Origin: Gammaproteobacteria bacterium
Lineage (GTDB): Bacteria > Pseudomonadota > Gammaproteobacteria > Arenicellales > Poriferihabitantaceae
Length of the DNA stretch: 58,422 nt
Assembly (NCBI GenBank): GCA_011523765.1
Contig: WTGA01000170.1
Coordinates: forward strand, 1-58,422
Direction: 5' to 3'
Part shown: positions 46,839-55,731 of the stretch, in pieces
How positions within the stretch are numbered: the stretch's first letter is position 1
Layout: each line of letters begins with the position of its first letter
The notes under the pieces: generated by a model
What the model was told of the DNA's origin: nothing
What the model saw: the letters and a program-made list of their open reading frames with translations, nothing else
Database searches by the model: none
Program-made: the position numbers and the translations under genes

Positions 46839-47453
46839 ATGAACCGGATTAAATTAAAGCAGGCAGAGACTGATTTCCTGTTGCATTATCCCGGGGGGTT
46901 CAATCATCCTGAGCTGGTCGCCCTGCGCAACCGACACAAAATAGGAAAAATGGTGGAAATGACCCGGGACTGCCTCGGCAAACACCGTTTTGAGCGTCCG
47001 GATGTGATGATCGAAGACCTGATCCGGATCATCGGCCGGTCCTCCATGGTTTCAAGGTTTGAAAAACCGAAATTCAAGCATTTTCTTCATTCCATGAGTC
47101 CGCTGGAAAGGGAGTGGCTGGTCGATGGCGTGCAGGAACACCTGTATGGCAACGAACGGCAGGGATTTGAGCAGGTGACGGAAATCCTGCAAACCGGAAA
47201 ACTGGCGAAGTGGTCCCTACTCTCGATTTACCCGTTTTATTGCCGGCCTGAATGGGATGTTTTTGTGAAGCCGACAACCGTGAAGGGGATTATTCAACGG
47301 CTGGAGCTCAAGGGGTTGCCGTATGCTCCCTTGCCTGCCTGGGAATTTTATGAAACTTTCCGAGACCAGATAAACCGGATGAAGCGGGAAGTGGACCCCA
47401 GTCTCTCCCCGAACAATGCGGCTTTTACCGGGTTTTTAATGATGAGCCTGTAG
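46839..47453 (+). CDS. Hypothetical protein (204 aa)
   Basis: ORF 46788-47453 trimmed to ATG 46839 (MNRIKLKQAETDF...). The composition looks like a soluble protein. I recognise no family. It is convergent with the Rieske oxygenase gene. Confidence 0.55.
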   Translation: MNRIKLKQAETDFLLHYPGGFNHPELVALRNRHKIGKMVEMTRDCLGKHRFERPDVMIEDLIRIIGRSSMVSRFEKPKFKHFLHSMSPLEREWLVDGVQEHLYGNERQGFEQVTEILQTGKLAKWSLLSIYPFYCRPEWDVFVKPTTVKGIIQRLELKGLPYAPLPAWEFYETFRDQINRMKREVDPSLSPNNAAFTGFLMMSL

Positions 47454-47492
47454 CCGGCACGGCCCTGGCCGGGAAACCCGGGACCCCTCCGT

Positions 47493-48683
47493 CTACTCCT
47501 TCATCTGTTCCCGGACCCAGTCCTGAAATGCCTTGACGTGATGTTCTTCCGGCATCAGCACTCCCTGTTCGAATGGGCGCGAGTGAAGGCCCTGCTGGTT
47601 GATCTCCGACACCTCAGCATCTTGTTCCATCACCATCTTTGCAAAATCCGTGATGTCCGCCATGTCAAAATTATCCTGCTCGAGCGCCTCGGGGAGAAAC
47701 AGCCACTCGACCGATATTTCGGTTTTCTCCGGGCCAAGCGGGAGGATTCTGACTGTGCGCACGTAATCCGCATGGGCGGCAACGAAGACACTGGGAAGAC
47801 TGACGAAATAGCTTTGTCCGCGCTGGATTTCCTCTTCGCTGAGACCGTTGAACCGACCCGGGGAAGGGTTCCCGCTTTTGGACCAGGTCCGGGCGCCAGG
47901 CCGTAATCCACCCACGTACCGGGGGTCGGTCCGGTCTTCAAATTCCTGCCAGTAGGCATGATCCCGGAAGTAGGAAATGCGGCGGCCAAATATCGGGACC
48001 AGGTCGCACAGTTCGGGATGGATGTTCGGGCAATGCAGGCATTCATTGAAATTCTCCCAAAAAACCTTCCAGTTGCACTGCAGTACCCGGTTCCAGGTAT
48101 GACCGACCACCAATTCCTCCATGGGCCAGTTTTCAGTCCGGTCGCTGCCGCGTCCGAAGCCTTCACTCATGTCAGGCGGGGTATCGGACAGAGACGCAAA
48201 CACCCCCCCTCTCCATTCCCGGACCATGACCGGGAGCAACGCATAATCGGCCTTGTCAAAATCCATGGCTTCCGCATGGGAGGAGGTTTTGACCAGGCGT
48301 CCGTCGAGAGAATAAGCCCACTGGTGATACGGGCAAAGAACGAGCCGGTTCGAAAACGTGCCCTGCGGTTCCACACAGAGCACGGAACCCCGGTGCCGGC
48401 AGGTGTTGTAAAACCCCCGGAGTTCACCGTCGTCGTCCCGGACAAGAAAAATTCCCTGGTCACCGATGGTGAAGCGGCGGAATGAGCGCGGCGCACTGAC
48501 CGTGCTGGCATGACACAGGTAGAGCCAGTTCCGGCAGAAGATTTTCTCCAGTTCACGTTGGTACCAGTGGGAATCCACGTACCAGGTCGCAGGAAGGGAC
48601 TCCTGTACCTGGGTGAGTCCATCGAAGTCCTCGCTGCCGGTAAGCATACGATTCGGGATCGGTGTGATGGGTCGGGCGGACAT
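47493..48683 (-). CDS. Rieske [2Fe-2S] non-heme-iron oxygenase alpha subunit (GbcA/CntA/choline-monooxygenase-like)
   Basis: ORF trimmed to ATG 48683, because the upstream 147 codons are not protein-like. Rieske motif CRHRG-x17-CPYHQW, mononuclear iron motif NECLHCPNIHP, 396 aa. Confidence 0.8.
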   Translation of the reverse strand: MSARPITPIPNRMLTGSEDFDGLTQVQESLPATWYVDSHWYQRELEKIFCRNWLYLCHASTVSAPRSFRRFTIGDQGIFLVRDDDGELRGFYNTCRHRGSVLCVEPQGTFSNRLVLCPYHQWAYSLDGRLVKTSSHAEAMDFDKADYALLPVMVREWRGGVFASLSDTPPDMSEGFGRGSDRTENWPMEELVVGHTWNRVLQCNWKVFWENFNECLHCPNIHPELCDLVPIFGRRISYFRDHAYWQEFEDRTDPRYVGGLRPGARTWSKSGNPSPGRFNGLSEEEIQRGQSYFVSLPSVFVAAHADYVRTVRILPLGPEKTEISVEWLFLPEALEQDNFDMADITDFAKMVMEQDAEVSEINQQGLHSRPFEQGVLMPEEHHVKAFQDWVREQMKE

Positions 48684-49231
48684 TTTTAACCTGGCTGCAA
48701 TGCTTGGCAAGCTTATATCCGCCTTCACCCGGATACAACCCGTTTTGGCACGATGTCGCGGCAAAGTAGAAATGTCCCCTGAATTCGTCTTTGGCCGCAA
48801 TGTTCTCTCCCCGCCATCCTTCTGTGCGAAAACCGGTGTGACAGCGAAGGTCCGCAAACACACCCTCGCCAACCTGTCGAAATGGTCGTCCGCCCTGATT
48901 GGGGGGCCGCGTGTCCTGTGTCCAGGGGACACCACCATGGCCCGCCTGACCGACGGATGCCGGTCCCGGACCTGCGAAAAGGCAAACAGGCTGAACAGGG
49001 GAGCAGCCAGGGCACTGGGCAGGAACAGGCCGCGCCCTGGAACCCCATGGCCTGCGAGGCCAGGATGGGTCCGATAACCGCTCCCACGCCGATACACTGG
49101 AACCGGTTGCCCCGTGTCTTTCATGAATGGACTGGGGAAAAATGATTCCCGTATGCCGGGAAGCCCGGCGCGGTTCCCGGTCTGGAGCGGTTGCCCGGGC
49201 TGTCCCGAAATTGAACCGGTTTACGGGCCAA

Positions 49232-49245
49232 TTGACTTATATCAA
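49232..49245. promoter_or_regulatory. FNR/CRP-family (NnrR/Dnr-type) binding box upstream of nirK
   Basis: TTGAC-TTAT-ATCAA matches the TTGAT-N4-ATCAA consensus at 9 of 10 positions. It is centred about 77 nt upstream of the nirK ATG. Confidence 0.55.
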
Positions 49246-49315
49246 GGCGGTTGAATGCTTGGGCCGCTACCTTGCCGTTTGTCTTCCTTTGATGAATCGA
49301 TATTAGGAGTTGATC

Positions 49316-50719
49316 ATGAATAAGTTCATTTGCTGGGCCAAACTGCCCCTGCTGTGCCTAGTGCTGGCACTGCCTGCCAGCTGGGCGCAAACGTTGCCCG
49401 TGGAACAAGCCGTCCTGACGTCTCCGCCACTGGTTCCTCCACCCGTTACCCGTGATCACCCGGCCAGAGTCATTGTCAAAATGGAAGCGGTCGAGCAGGT
49501 AATGGAAATGACCGATGGCGTGGAATATATGTATTGGACTTTTGGTGGTTCGGTTCCGGGACAGTTCATACGGGTTCGGGAGAACGATGTGGTCGAATTT
49601 CATTTTTCGAATCATCCTTCTTCGAGGATGCCGCACAATATCGACTTGCATGCCGTGACCGGCCCGGGCGGTGGAGCGACGTCATCATTTACGGCGCCAG
49701 GCCATACTTCGATATTCCAGTTCCAGGTGTTGAATCCGGGATTGTATATCTATCACTGCGCCACGGCACCGGTTGGAATGCATATTGCCAACGGGATGTA
49801 CGGGCTCATTCTGGTTGAACCGGAAGAAGGCCTGCCGGAAGTGGACCGTGAATACTATGTCGTGCAAGGTGATTTCTATACGCAAGGTGAATTCGGCGAA
49901 CTTGGCCTGCAGCCTTTCGACATGGAAAAAGCGATTAACGAAGATGCGGACTATGTTGTTTTCAATGGCTCGGTCGGCAGCATGGTGGGAGACAACGCAT
50001 TGGCAGCGAATGTCGGGGAAACCGTCCGCTTGTATGTGGGCAACGGAGGGCCCAACCTGGTGTCGTCATTCCACGTGATCGGAGAGATTTTTGACAAGGT
50101 TTACATAGAGGGTGGGACGTCCATTAACGAAAATGTTCAAACCACGCTCGTTCCGGCAGGGGGGTCGGCCATTGTCGAATTCAAGATGGATGTTCCCGGC
50201 ACATTCATCATGGTGGACCATTCCATCTTCCGTGCCTTTAATAAGGGAGCACTTGGGATGATCAAGGCCGATGGTCCGGAACAGCCCGTCATCTATTCAG
50301 GCAAGCAGGCGGACACGGTTTATCTGCCGGAAGGGTCCGCGATTCAGGAAATCATTGTCGAAGCGGAATCGGTGGTGGCCAACAACCTGGAAGAACAGGT
50401 CCAGTTCGGTCAACGTGTCTATGAAGTCAACTGTGCCGCCTGTCACCAGGCTGACGGGCAGGGGTTGAGAGGGGCTTTTCCACCACTGGCCGGTTCGGAT
50501 TATTTGAACGCAGACCACGACCGGGCGATCAAGGTTATACTGAAGGGCCTGAGCGGTCCGATCACGGTGAACGGACAGGAGTACAATGGTGTCATGCCTG
50601 CGATGCGTCTTTCGGACAATGACATTGCGAATGTATTGACCTATCTGCTCAATTCCTGGAGCAATGACGGTGGCGCAGTGAGTCCGGAGCAGGTTGCCGC
50701 CCTGCGTGAGGGACATTAA
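49316..50719 (+). CDS. nirK: Copper-containing nitrite reductase with C-terminal cytochrome c domain
   Basis: ATG 49316 (AGGAG 6 nt upstream) and a signal peptide. Type-2 Cu motif HNIDLH, type-1 Cu motif [16 protein letters not shown]. The C-terminal extension carries a CAACH heme motif and a distal Met (GVMPAM). Confidence 0.9.
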   Translation: MNKFICWAKLPLLCLVLALPASWAQTLPVEQAVLTSPPLVPPPVTRDHPARVIVKMEAVEQVMEMTDGVEYMYWTFGGSVPGQFIRVRENDVVEFHFSNHPSSRMPHNIDLHAVTGPGGGATSSFTAPGHTSIFQFQVLNPGLYIYHCATAPVGMHIANGMYGLILVEPEEGLPEVDREYYVVQGDFYTQGEFGELGLQPFDMEKAINEDADYVVFNGSVGSMVGDNALAANVGETVRLYVGNGGPNLVSSFHVIGEIFDKVYIEGGTSINENVQTTLVPAGGSAIVEFKMDVPGTFIMVDHSIFRAFNKGALGMIKADGPEQPVIYSGKQADTVYLPEGSAIQEIIVEAESVVANNLEEQVQFGQRVYEVNCAACHQADGQGLRGAFPPLAGSDYLNADHDRAIKVILKGLSGPITVNGQEYNGVMPAMRLSDNDIANVLTYLLNSWSNDGGAVSPEQVAALREGH

Positions 50720-51510
50720 TGTTCCACCGTTGCGGTACGGCCGTCTTCGCGTTCACGGTACTGTTCGGGTCAGGGAATACCAGTTTTGCCAGGATGGCCG
50801 AGATTCCCGCTGGGGAATTTCGGCCATTGTACCTGGTGGAAGGCAGTCCGCTGGTTGCCGTCGAGGCGTTTTCCCTGGACCGGGTACCGGTCACCAACCA
50901 GGATTATCTGGCATTCGTCTTGCAACATCCCGAATGGCAAAAAGACCAGGTGCCGGCGGTGTTTGCGGACAGCCGGTATCTGCAACATTGGAACAAGAAT
51001 GCAGCCAGTGATTCCTGGGAGCCGGAAAGGGCCGTGCTGGATTTTCCGGTTGTAAACGTTTCCTGGTTTGCTGCCAACCGCTACTGCAGGGTGCTGAACA
51101 AGAAACTGCCGTCGATTGCCCAATGGGAATATGTTGCCAGAGCCAGTGAAATCAGCCCGGAAGGCTGGAGAGAACCCGGCTATCAACAGCGCATACTCAA
51201 TTGGTATGCCCACCATGGCCGTCCGGAAAAAAATCCGGTCGGCCGCTCTCCCGCGAACTACTGGGGCATTCATGATTTGCACGGGATGGTGTGGGAATGG
51301 ACCGTGGACTTCAATTCCGCCCTGGTCAGCGGGGAATCGAGAGCTGACAGCAGTATTGACAAGAAACTGTATTGTGCCGCCGGCAGCGTGAATTCGGTCG
51401 ACCCGAGTGACTATGCCGCGTTTATGCGCTATGCCTTTCGCTCCAGCCTGTCTGCCAGATATGCAATGTCCAATCTTGGTTTTCGGTGTGCCGTTTCTGG
51501 AGGAAATTAA
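50719..51510 (+). CDS. nirV: Formylglycine-generating-enzyme-fold protein (NirV-like)
   Basis: 263 aa. FGE/SUMF1-type motifs (LDRVPVTNQDYLAFV, VNVSWFAANRYCRVLNKKLPSIAQWEYVARA, HGMVWEWTVDF). TAATG overlap with nirK. This is the position of nirV in described nirK operons. Confidence 0.7.
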   Translation: MFHRCGTAVFAFTVLFGSGNTSFARMAEIPAGEFRPLYLVEGSPLVAVEAFSLDRVPVTNQDYLAFVLQHPEWQKDQVPAVFADSRYLQHWNKNAASDSWEPERAVLDFPVVNVSWFAANRYCRVLNKKLPSIAQWEYVARASEISPEGWREPGYQQRILNWYAHHGRPEKNPVGRSPANYWGIHDLHGMVWEWTVDFNSALVSGESRADSSIDKKLYCAAGSVNSVDPSDYAAFMRYAFRSSLSARYAMSNLGFRCAVSGGN

Positions 51511-51511
51511 C

Positions 51512-52069
51512 GTGAAACTCTTTGGGTTGTTCGGGTTGATTTTCCTGCTCCCCCCGATGATGGCACTGGGGCAATCGGACCTCCCCGGTGACTCGGTCTA
51601 CCAGGTCGGCGGGCACTGGCAGAATCAGCAAGCGGAAACAGTCGAACTGGCCGGGCTGCGCGGGAAGAAACAGGTCGTCAGCATGATTTATACCCACTGT
51701 GAACATGCCTGCCCCGTGATTGTGTCGAGCATGAAATCGATTGCAGCGTCACTGCCCGAGCAGATGAAACACGAAGTGGGATTCGTATTGGTAACCTTCA
51801 CACCATCGATGGATACCCCCGATGTGCTGGCTGAATTCGCACGACGGCAGAATCTGGGCAAGGACCAATGGTCGTTATTGCGCACTGATGACGACACCAT
51901 CCGGGACCTGTCCATGGTGTTGGGTGTCAAGTATGAGCGATTGGACAACAATGAAGTCAATCATTCCAATCTGGTCTCCGTGCTCGACGAACAGGGGCGT
52001 CTCGTTTTTCAGGAATCCGGCGCATTGGGTGCCTCCCGGTTGATCGTCGAGCGGATTGTGAATCATTGA
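51512..52069 (+). CDS. SCO1/SenC-family copper chaperone (thioredoxin fold)
   Basis: Start GTG 51512 (GGAGGA 7 nt upstream, 1 nt after the nirV stop). Signal/anchor segment, CxxxC motif (CEHAC) and a downstream His (NHSNLVSVLDEQG). Confidence 0.75.
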   Translation: MKLFGLFGLIFLLPPMMALGQSDLPGDSVYQVGGHWQNQQAETVELAGLRGKKQVVSMIYTHCEHACPVIVSSMKSIAASLPEQMKHEVGFVLVTFTPSMDTPDVLAEFARRQNLGKDQWSLLRTDDDTIRDLSMVLGVKYERLDNNEVNHSNLVSVLDEQGRLVFQESGALGASRLIVERIVNH

Positions 52070-52302
52070 TCGCATTTCAATCCTGGAAACGACCGCCACA
52101 CTCCGGTTGAATACAAGGCCGCTTTCACTGTCGGGGACTGCGCCCAATTCCGCGGGTCTCCATGATTCCGGTGTGCTCCGTATGGCTTTGCCTGGACAGG
52201 GGAGCCGGGCAGGGCACACCGCCGCTTCCGCAAGGATATCAGGCGGAGACACCGTCGTGACCACGGGACCGCGGTCAACCCGGCTCCCTTCCGGATCCTG
52301 GG

Positions 52303-53007
52303 CTACACCCCCAGGAATCTGAGTTTCAGTTTCGGGTTGGAGCGCAAGGCCTCGGAGTTGCCCTCCCAGACGATGGTTCCCTTTTCAATAATATAATGAT
52401 AGTCCGCGATTCTGCACAGGTCTTCCAGGTTCTTGTCGATGAGCAATATGGATATCCCCGTCTGCCGGATGATGTCCAGCTGGCTCCAGATTTCCTTTCG
52501 AACCAGCGGGGCCAGACCTTCGGTCGCTTCGTCGAGTATCAACAGTTGCGGATTCAGCATCAGCGCACGTCCAATGGCCAGCATTTGCTGTTCTCCTCCC
52601 GACAGCTGGTTGCCCATGTTATTCAGACGCTTGCCAAGAAGCGGGAACAGGTCCAGCACTTTTGCCAGGGTCCAGGGGTCCCGGGCACCGTTGTAATTGG
52701 CCGCCGTGGAAACCAGGTTCTCCCTGACATTCAGGTTGGGAAAAATTCTTCGTCCCTCCGGGACCAGGCCAATCCCTTTGCGGGCAATTCGGAACACGGG
52801 CAGTCCGTTGATCCGGTCATGGCCGTACCGGATCTCCCCGTTCTTGATCGGCAGATGTCCCATGATTGAGTTCACGGTGGTCGTTTTCCCCATGCCGTTT
52901 CTGCCGAGCAAGGTGGTGACCCGGCCGTCGCGGACTTCCATGTCCAGTCCGAACAGGACCTGGCTGTTCCCGTAGTAGGTGTCGATGGCGTTCACCTGGA
53001 GACTCAT
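52303..53007 (-). CDS. HAAT ABC transporter ATPase, LivF-like (second system)
   Basis: 234 aa. Walker A GRNGMGKTT, signature LSGGEQQMLAIGRAL, Walker B LLILDEATEGL. Confidence 0.85.
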   Translation of the reverse strand: MSLQVNAIDTYYGNSQVLFGLDMEVRDGRVTTLLGRNGMGKTTTVNSIMGHLPIKNGEIRYGHDRINGLPVFRIARKGIGLVPEGRRIFPNLNVRENLVSTAANYNGARDPWTLAKVLDLFPLLGKRLNNMGNQLSGGEQQMLAIGRALMLNPQLLILDEATEGLAPLVRKEIWSQLDIIRQTGISILLIDKNLEDLCRIADYHYIIEKGTIVWEGNSEALRSNPKLKLRFLGV

Positions 53008-53747
53008 GCGGTCTCCTCGCCCAGGTATGCCTGCTGCACTTTCGGGTTGGACCGGATCTGCTCGGCAGTCCCCGTGGCGAGGATGCGGCCGTCAACCAGT
53101 ACCGAAGTGGTGTCCGCCAGCGCAAATACCGCATCCAGGTCATGCTCGATCAGCAGAATGGTTTTTTCCCCCTTCATTTTTTTCAGAAGCCGGACCATTT
53201 CGCCCGACTCCTCCTTGCTCATTCCGCTCGTGGGTTCATCCAGCAGGAGCAGGTCGGGTTCCAGTGCAAGAGCCATTGCGATTTCAAGCTGCCGCTGTTC
53301 GCCGTGGGAAGATTTTCCGGCAACCGTATCGGCCTGCCGGCCCAACCCCACATTTTCCAGGACGTTCAGGGCGGTTTCGCGCATTCCGGCGTCACCGGAA
53401 ACCGGTGCCCAGAATTTGTAGGAGTGGCCCTGCAGCGACTGGACAGCCAGCAGGATATTGTCCAGCATGGTCATTGACTGGATGATGCTGGTGATCTGGA
53501 ACGAACTCGCAAGACCGATATGCACCCGCTTGTGTGTGCTCAGGGGAGTAATATTTCGGTCCTTGAACAGGATTTTTCCGCTATCCGGCTTCGACAGGCC
53601 GGAAAGTTGCGCCATCAGGGTGGTTTTGCCTCCGCCATTGGGTCCCACAATGGCATGCACCTCGTGCTCCTCAACCTGCAGGTCGAGATTTCTGGAGGCC
53701 AGTATCCCGCCAAACGACTTGTTCAGATTTTCGACCTTAAGAATCAT
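53004..53747 (-). CDS. HAAT ABC transporter ATPase, LivG-like (second system)
   Basis: Start ATG 53747 (MILKVENLNKSFGG). Walker A GPNGGGKTT, Walker B LLLLDEPTSGM. 4-nt overlap with the LivF-like gene. Confidence 0.85.
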   Translation of the reverse strand: MILKVENLNKSFGGILASRNLDLQVEEHEVHAIVGPNGGGKTTLMAQLSGLSKPDSGKILFKDRNITPLSTHKRVHIGLASSFQITSIIQSMTMLDNILLAVQSLQGHSYKFWAPVSGDAGMRETALNVLENVGLGRQADTVAGKSSHGEQRQLEIAMALALEPDLLLLDEPTSGMSKEESGEMVRLLKKMKGEKTILLIEHDLDAVFALADTTSVLVDGRILATGTAEQIRSNPKVQQAYLGEETA

Positions 53748-54720
53748 TTTCGGGTTGTGCCTGCGCTGTTTGTCTCGTATCCGCCCAGACAAGCAGTCCA
53801 TGTACTCCCCCCTTGCCGAAGACGACCAGCAGGATGAGCACCAGCCCGAATATCAGCTGCCAGTACTGGGTCAGGCCGGACAGCATTTCCTCCAGAAGCA
53901 AAAAGAAGGCGGTGCCGACGACCGGACCGAAAATCCCGGCGGTGCCGCCGATGACAATCATGAAAATCAATTCACCCGAATGGGTCCAGTCCATCATTTC
54001 AGGGCTGATGAAATTCGTGAAATTACCGAGAAAAAATCCGGCGATTCCACAGATGGTCCCGGAGATCACATAGCAGGTCAGTTTGTAACGATAAGTGTCG
54101 AAACCCAGTGCCTGCATGCGTTTTTCGTTGTGCTTGCAGCCGATGATCACCCTGCCGAACCGGGCATGCACCAAGCGGTGCATCAGGTACAGCAGCCCCA
54201 GCAATGTGACGAGAACGGTGTAGTACAGCGTCGTCGGATTTTCCAGATTGAGCAGTCCGTTGAAATCACTGCGCTGGTAGATGATCAACCCATCATCCGC
54301 ACCATACTCGTCGAGACTGACGAAGGTGAAATACAGCATTTGGGCGAATGCCAGGGTGATCATGATGAAGTACAGGCCATGGGTGCGCAGGGAAATGGCG
54401 CCGGTGATCAGGGCAAATGCGGCACTGCAGGAGATGGCAAGGCCAAGATGTATGAACCCATTGAAAATATCATAGTGTGCCGGAATCCCGACACAATAGG
54501 CTCCAATCCCGATAAATGCCGCATGACCCAGGCTGATCATCCCTCCGAAGCCAATGATCAGATTGAGGCTGACGGCCGCGATGGCCAGAATCAGTATCCG
54601 GGTCAGCAGGTCAAGATAAAACGGCTGACTGCCAAGGGTAACCAGCAGGGGCGCCACCGCCAACAACGCAGTGACTGCCAGGTAGACCCGGGCCGGCAGG
54701 TTTTCCAGGAATTTGAACAC
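53737..54720 (-). CDS. HAAT ABC transporter permease, LivM-like (second system)
   Basis: 327-aa polytopic membrane protein. The motif LNLIIGFGGMISLGHAAFIGIGAY is typical of LivM. Confidence 0.85.
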   Translation of the reverse strand: MFKFLENLPARVYLAVTALLAVAPLLVTLGSQPFYLDLLTRILILAIAAVSLNLIIGFGGMISLGHAAFIGIGAYCVGIPAHYDIFNGFIHLGLAISCSAAFALITGAISLRTHGLYFIMITLAFAQMLYFTFVSLDEYGADDGLIIYQRSDFNGLLNLENPTTLYYTVLVTLLGLLYLMHRLVHARFGRVIIGCKHNEKRMQALGFDTYRYKLTCYVISGTICGIAGFFLGNFTNFISPEMMDWTHSGELIFMIVIGGTAGIFGPVVGTAFFLLLEEMLSGLTQYWQLIFGLVLILLVVFGKGGVHGLLVWADTRQTAQAQPENDS

Positions 54721-55664
54721 TACTTTCTAAGACCGGAAGGTGAAAACAGGCCCTGGGGCCTGAATACCAGTATCGTGGCCATCAGTATGTAGACCATCAT
54801 CGCAGACAAGGCGGGAGCCGCCGTTTCAGCGGCTTGGTTGGACAGAAACAACCCCAGGAAGTCATCCAGGTAGGAGCGTCCCAACGTGTCCAGAATTCCA
54901 ATGATGAGGGCACTGTAAAACGCACCCTGAACCGAACCGATGCCCCCCGTGATCACGACGACAAATGCAATAATAATGATTTCATTGCCCATGCCGATAC
55001 TGGCTTCTGTAATGGGCGCAATCAACAGACCTGCGAACCCCGCCATGGCGGCACCAATGGCAAAGACCACCAGGTAAAGCCGGTCGATGTTGACCCCCAG
55101 CGCCGTGACCATGTCGCGGTCTGATGCTCCGGCCCGAATCAACATGCCGAGCCTGGAACGGGTAATCAGGATGTACAGTGCGACGCCAACCATCAGGCCG
55201 TTCCCAATGATCACAAGCCGGTAGCTGGGGATGACGAAGCTTCCGACCCGGACCTGCCCGTTCAGTATTTCCGGTAGCGGAATCACCATTCCGGCAGGAC
55301 CCCAGATGATATGGGCAAGTGTGTCGAACACCAGGATCAGCCCGAAGGTGACCAGGACATGGTCAAGGTGGTCGTTCTGGTACAGTTTCCTCGCAATCAA
55401 CCATTCAACGGCCGCGCCGATGACCAGCAAGGATGCCAGGGAAAGTACAATACCGGTGAGCAGGGAACCCGTTGCCTGGACCACCGTTGCACAGACAAAT
55501 GCCCCCACCATGTAAAAGGCGCCATGGGACAGGTTGATGAAATTCATAATCCCGAATATCAACGTCAGTCCCGACGCAAGCAGGAATAAAAGCAATCCCA
55601 GCTGCAGGCCGTTGAGCAACTGGGAAACGAGCAGATGCCAGTCCACCGGTCGATTAACCGTCAT
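54720..55664 (-). CDS. HAAT ABC transporter permease, LivH-like (second system)
   Basis: 314 aa. The motif GLTLIFGIMNFINLSHGAFYMVGAF is typical of LivH. Confidence 0.85.
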   Translation of the reverse strand: MTVNRPVDWHLLVSQLLNGLQLGLLLFLLASGLTLIFGIMNFINLSHGAFYMVGAFVCATVVQATGSLLTGIVLSLASLLVIGAAVEWLIARKLYQNDHLDHVLVTFGLILVFDTLAHIIWGPAGMVIPLPEILNGQVRVGSFVIPSYRLVIIGNGLMVGVALYILITRSRLGMLIRAGASDRDMVTALGVNIDRLYLVVFAIGAAMAGFAGLLIAPITEASIGMGNEIIIIAFVVVITGGIGSVQGAFYSALIIGILDTLGRSYLDDFLGLFLSNQAAETAAPALSAMMVYILMATILVFRPQGLFSPSGLRK

Positions 55665-55667
55665 TGA

Positions 55668-55709
55668 CCGGATCCGGTCACGTGGAATTCACGGTGTGGC
55701 CGGATCCGG
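55668..55709 (-). other. Intercistronic stem-loop built from two copies of the palindrome CCGGATCCGG
   Basis: CCGGATCCGG occurs at 55668-55677 and 55700-55709, separated by 22 nt. The element lies in the 67-nt spacer between the binding-protein gene and the LivH-like gene. Confidence 0.45.
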
Positions 55710-55731
55710 TTGTCGCTGTGCTGGTGATCGA

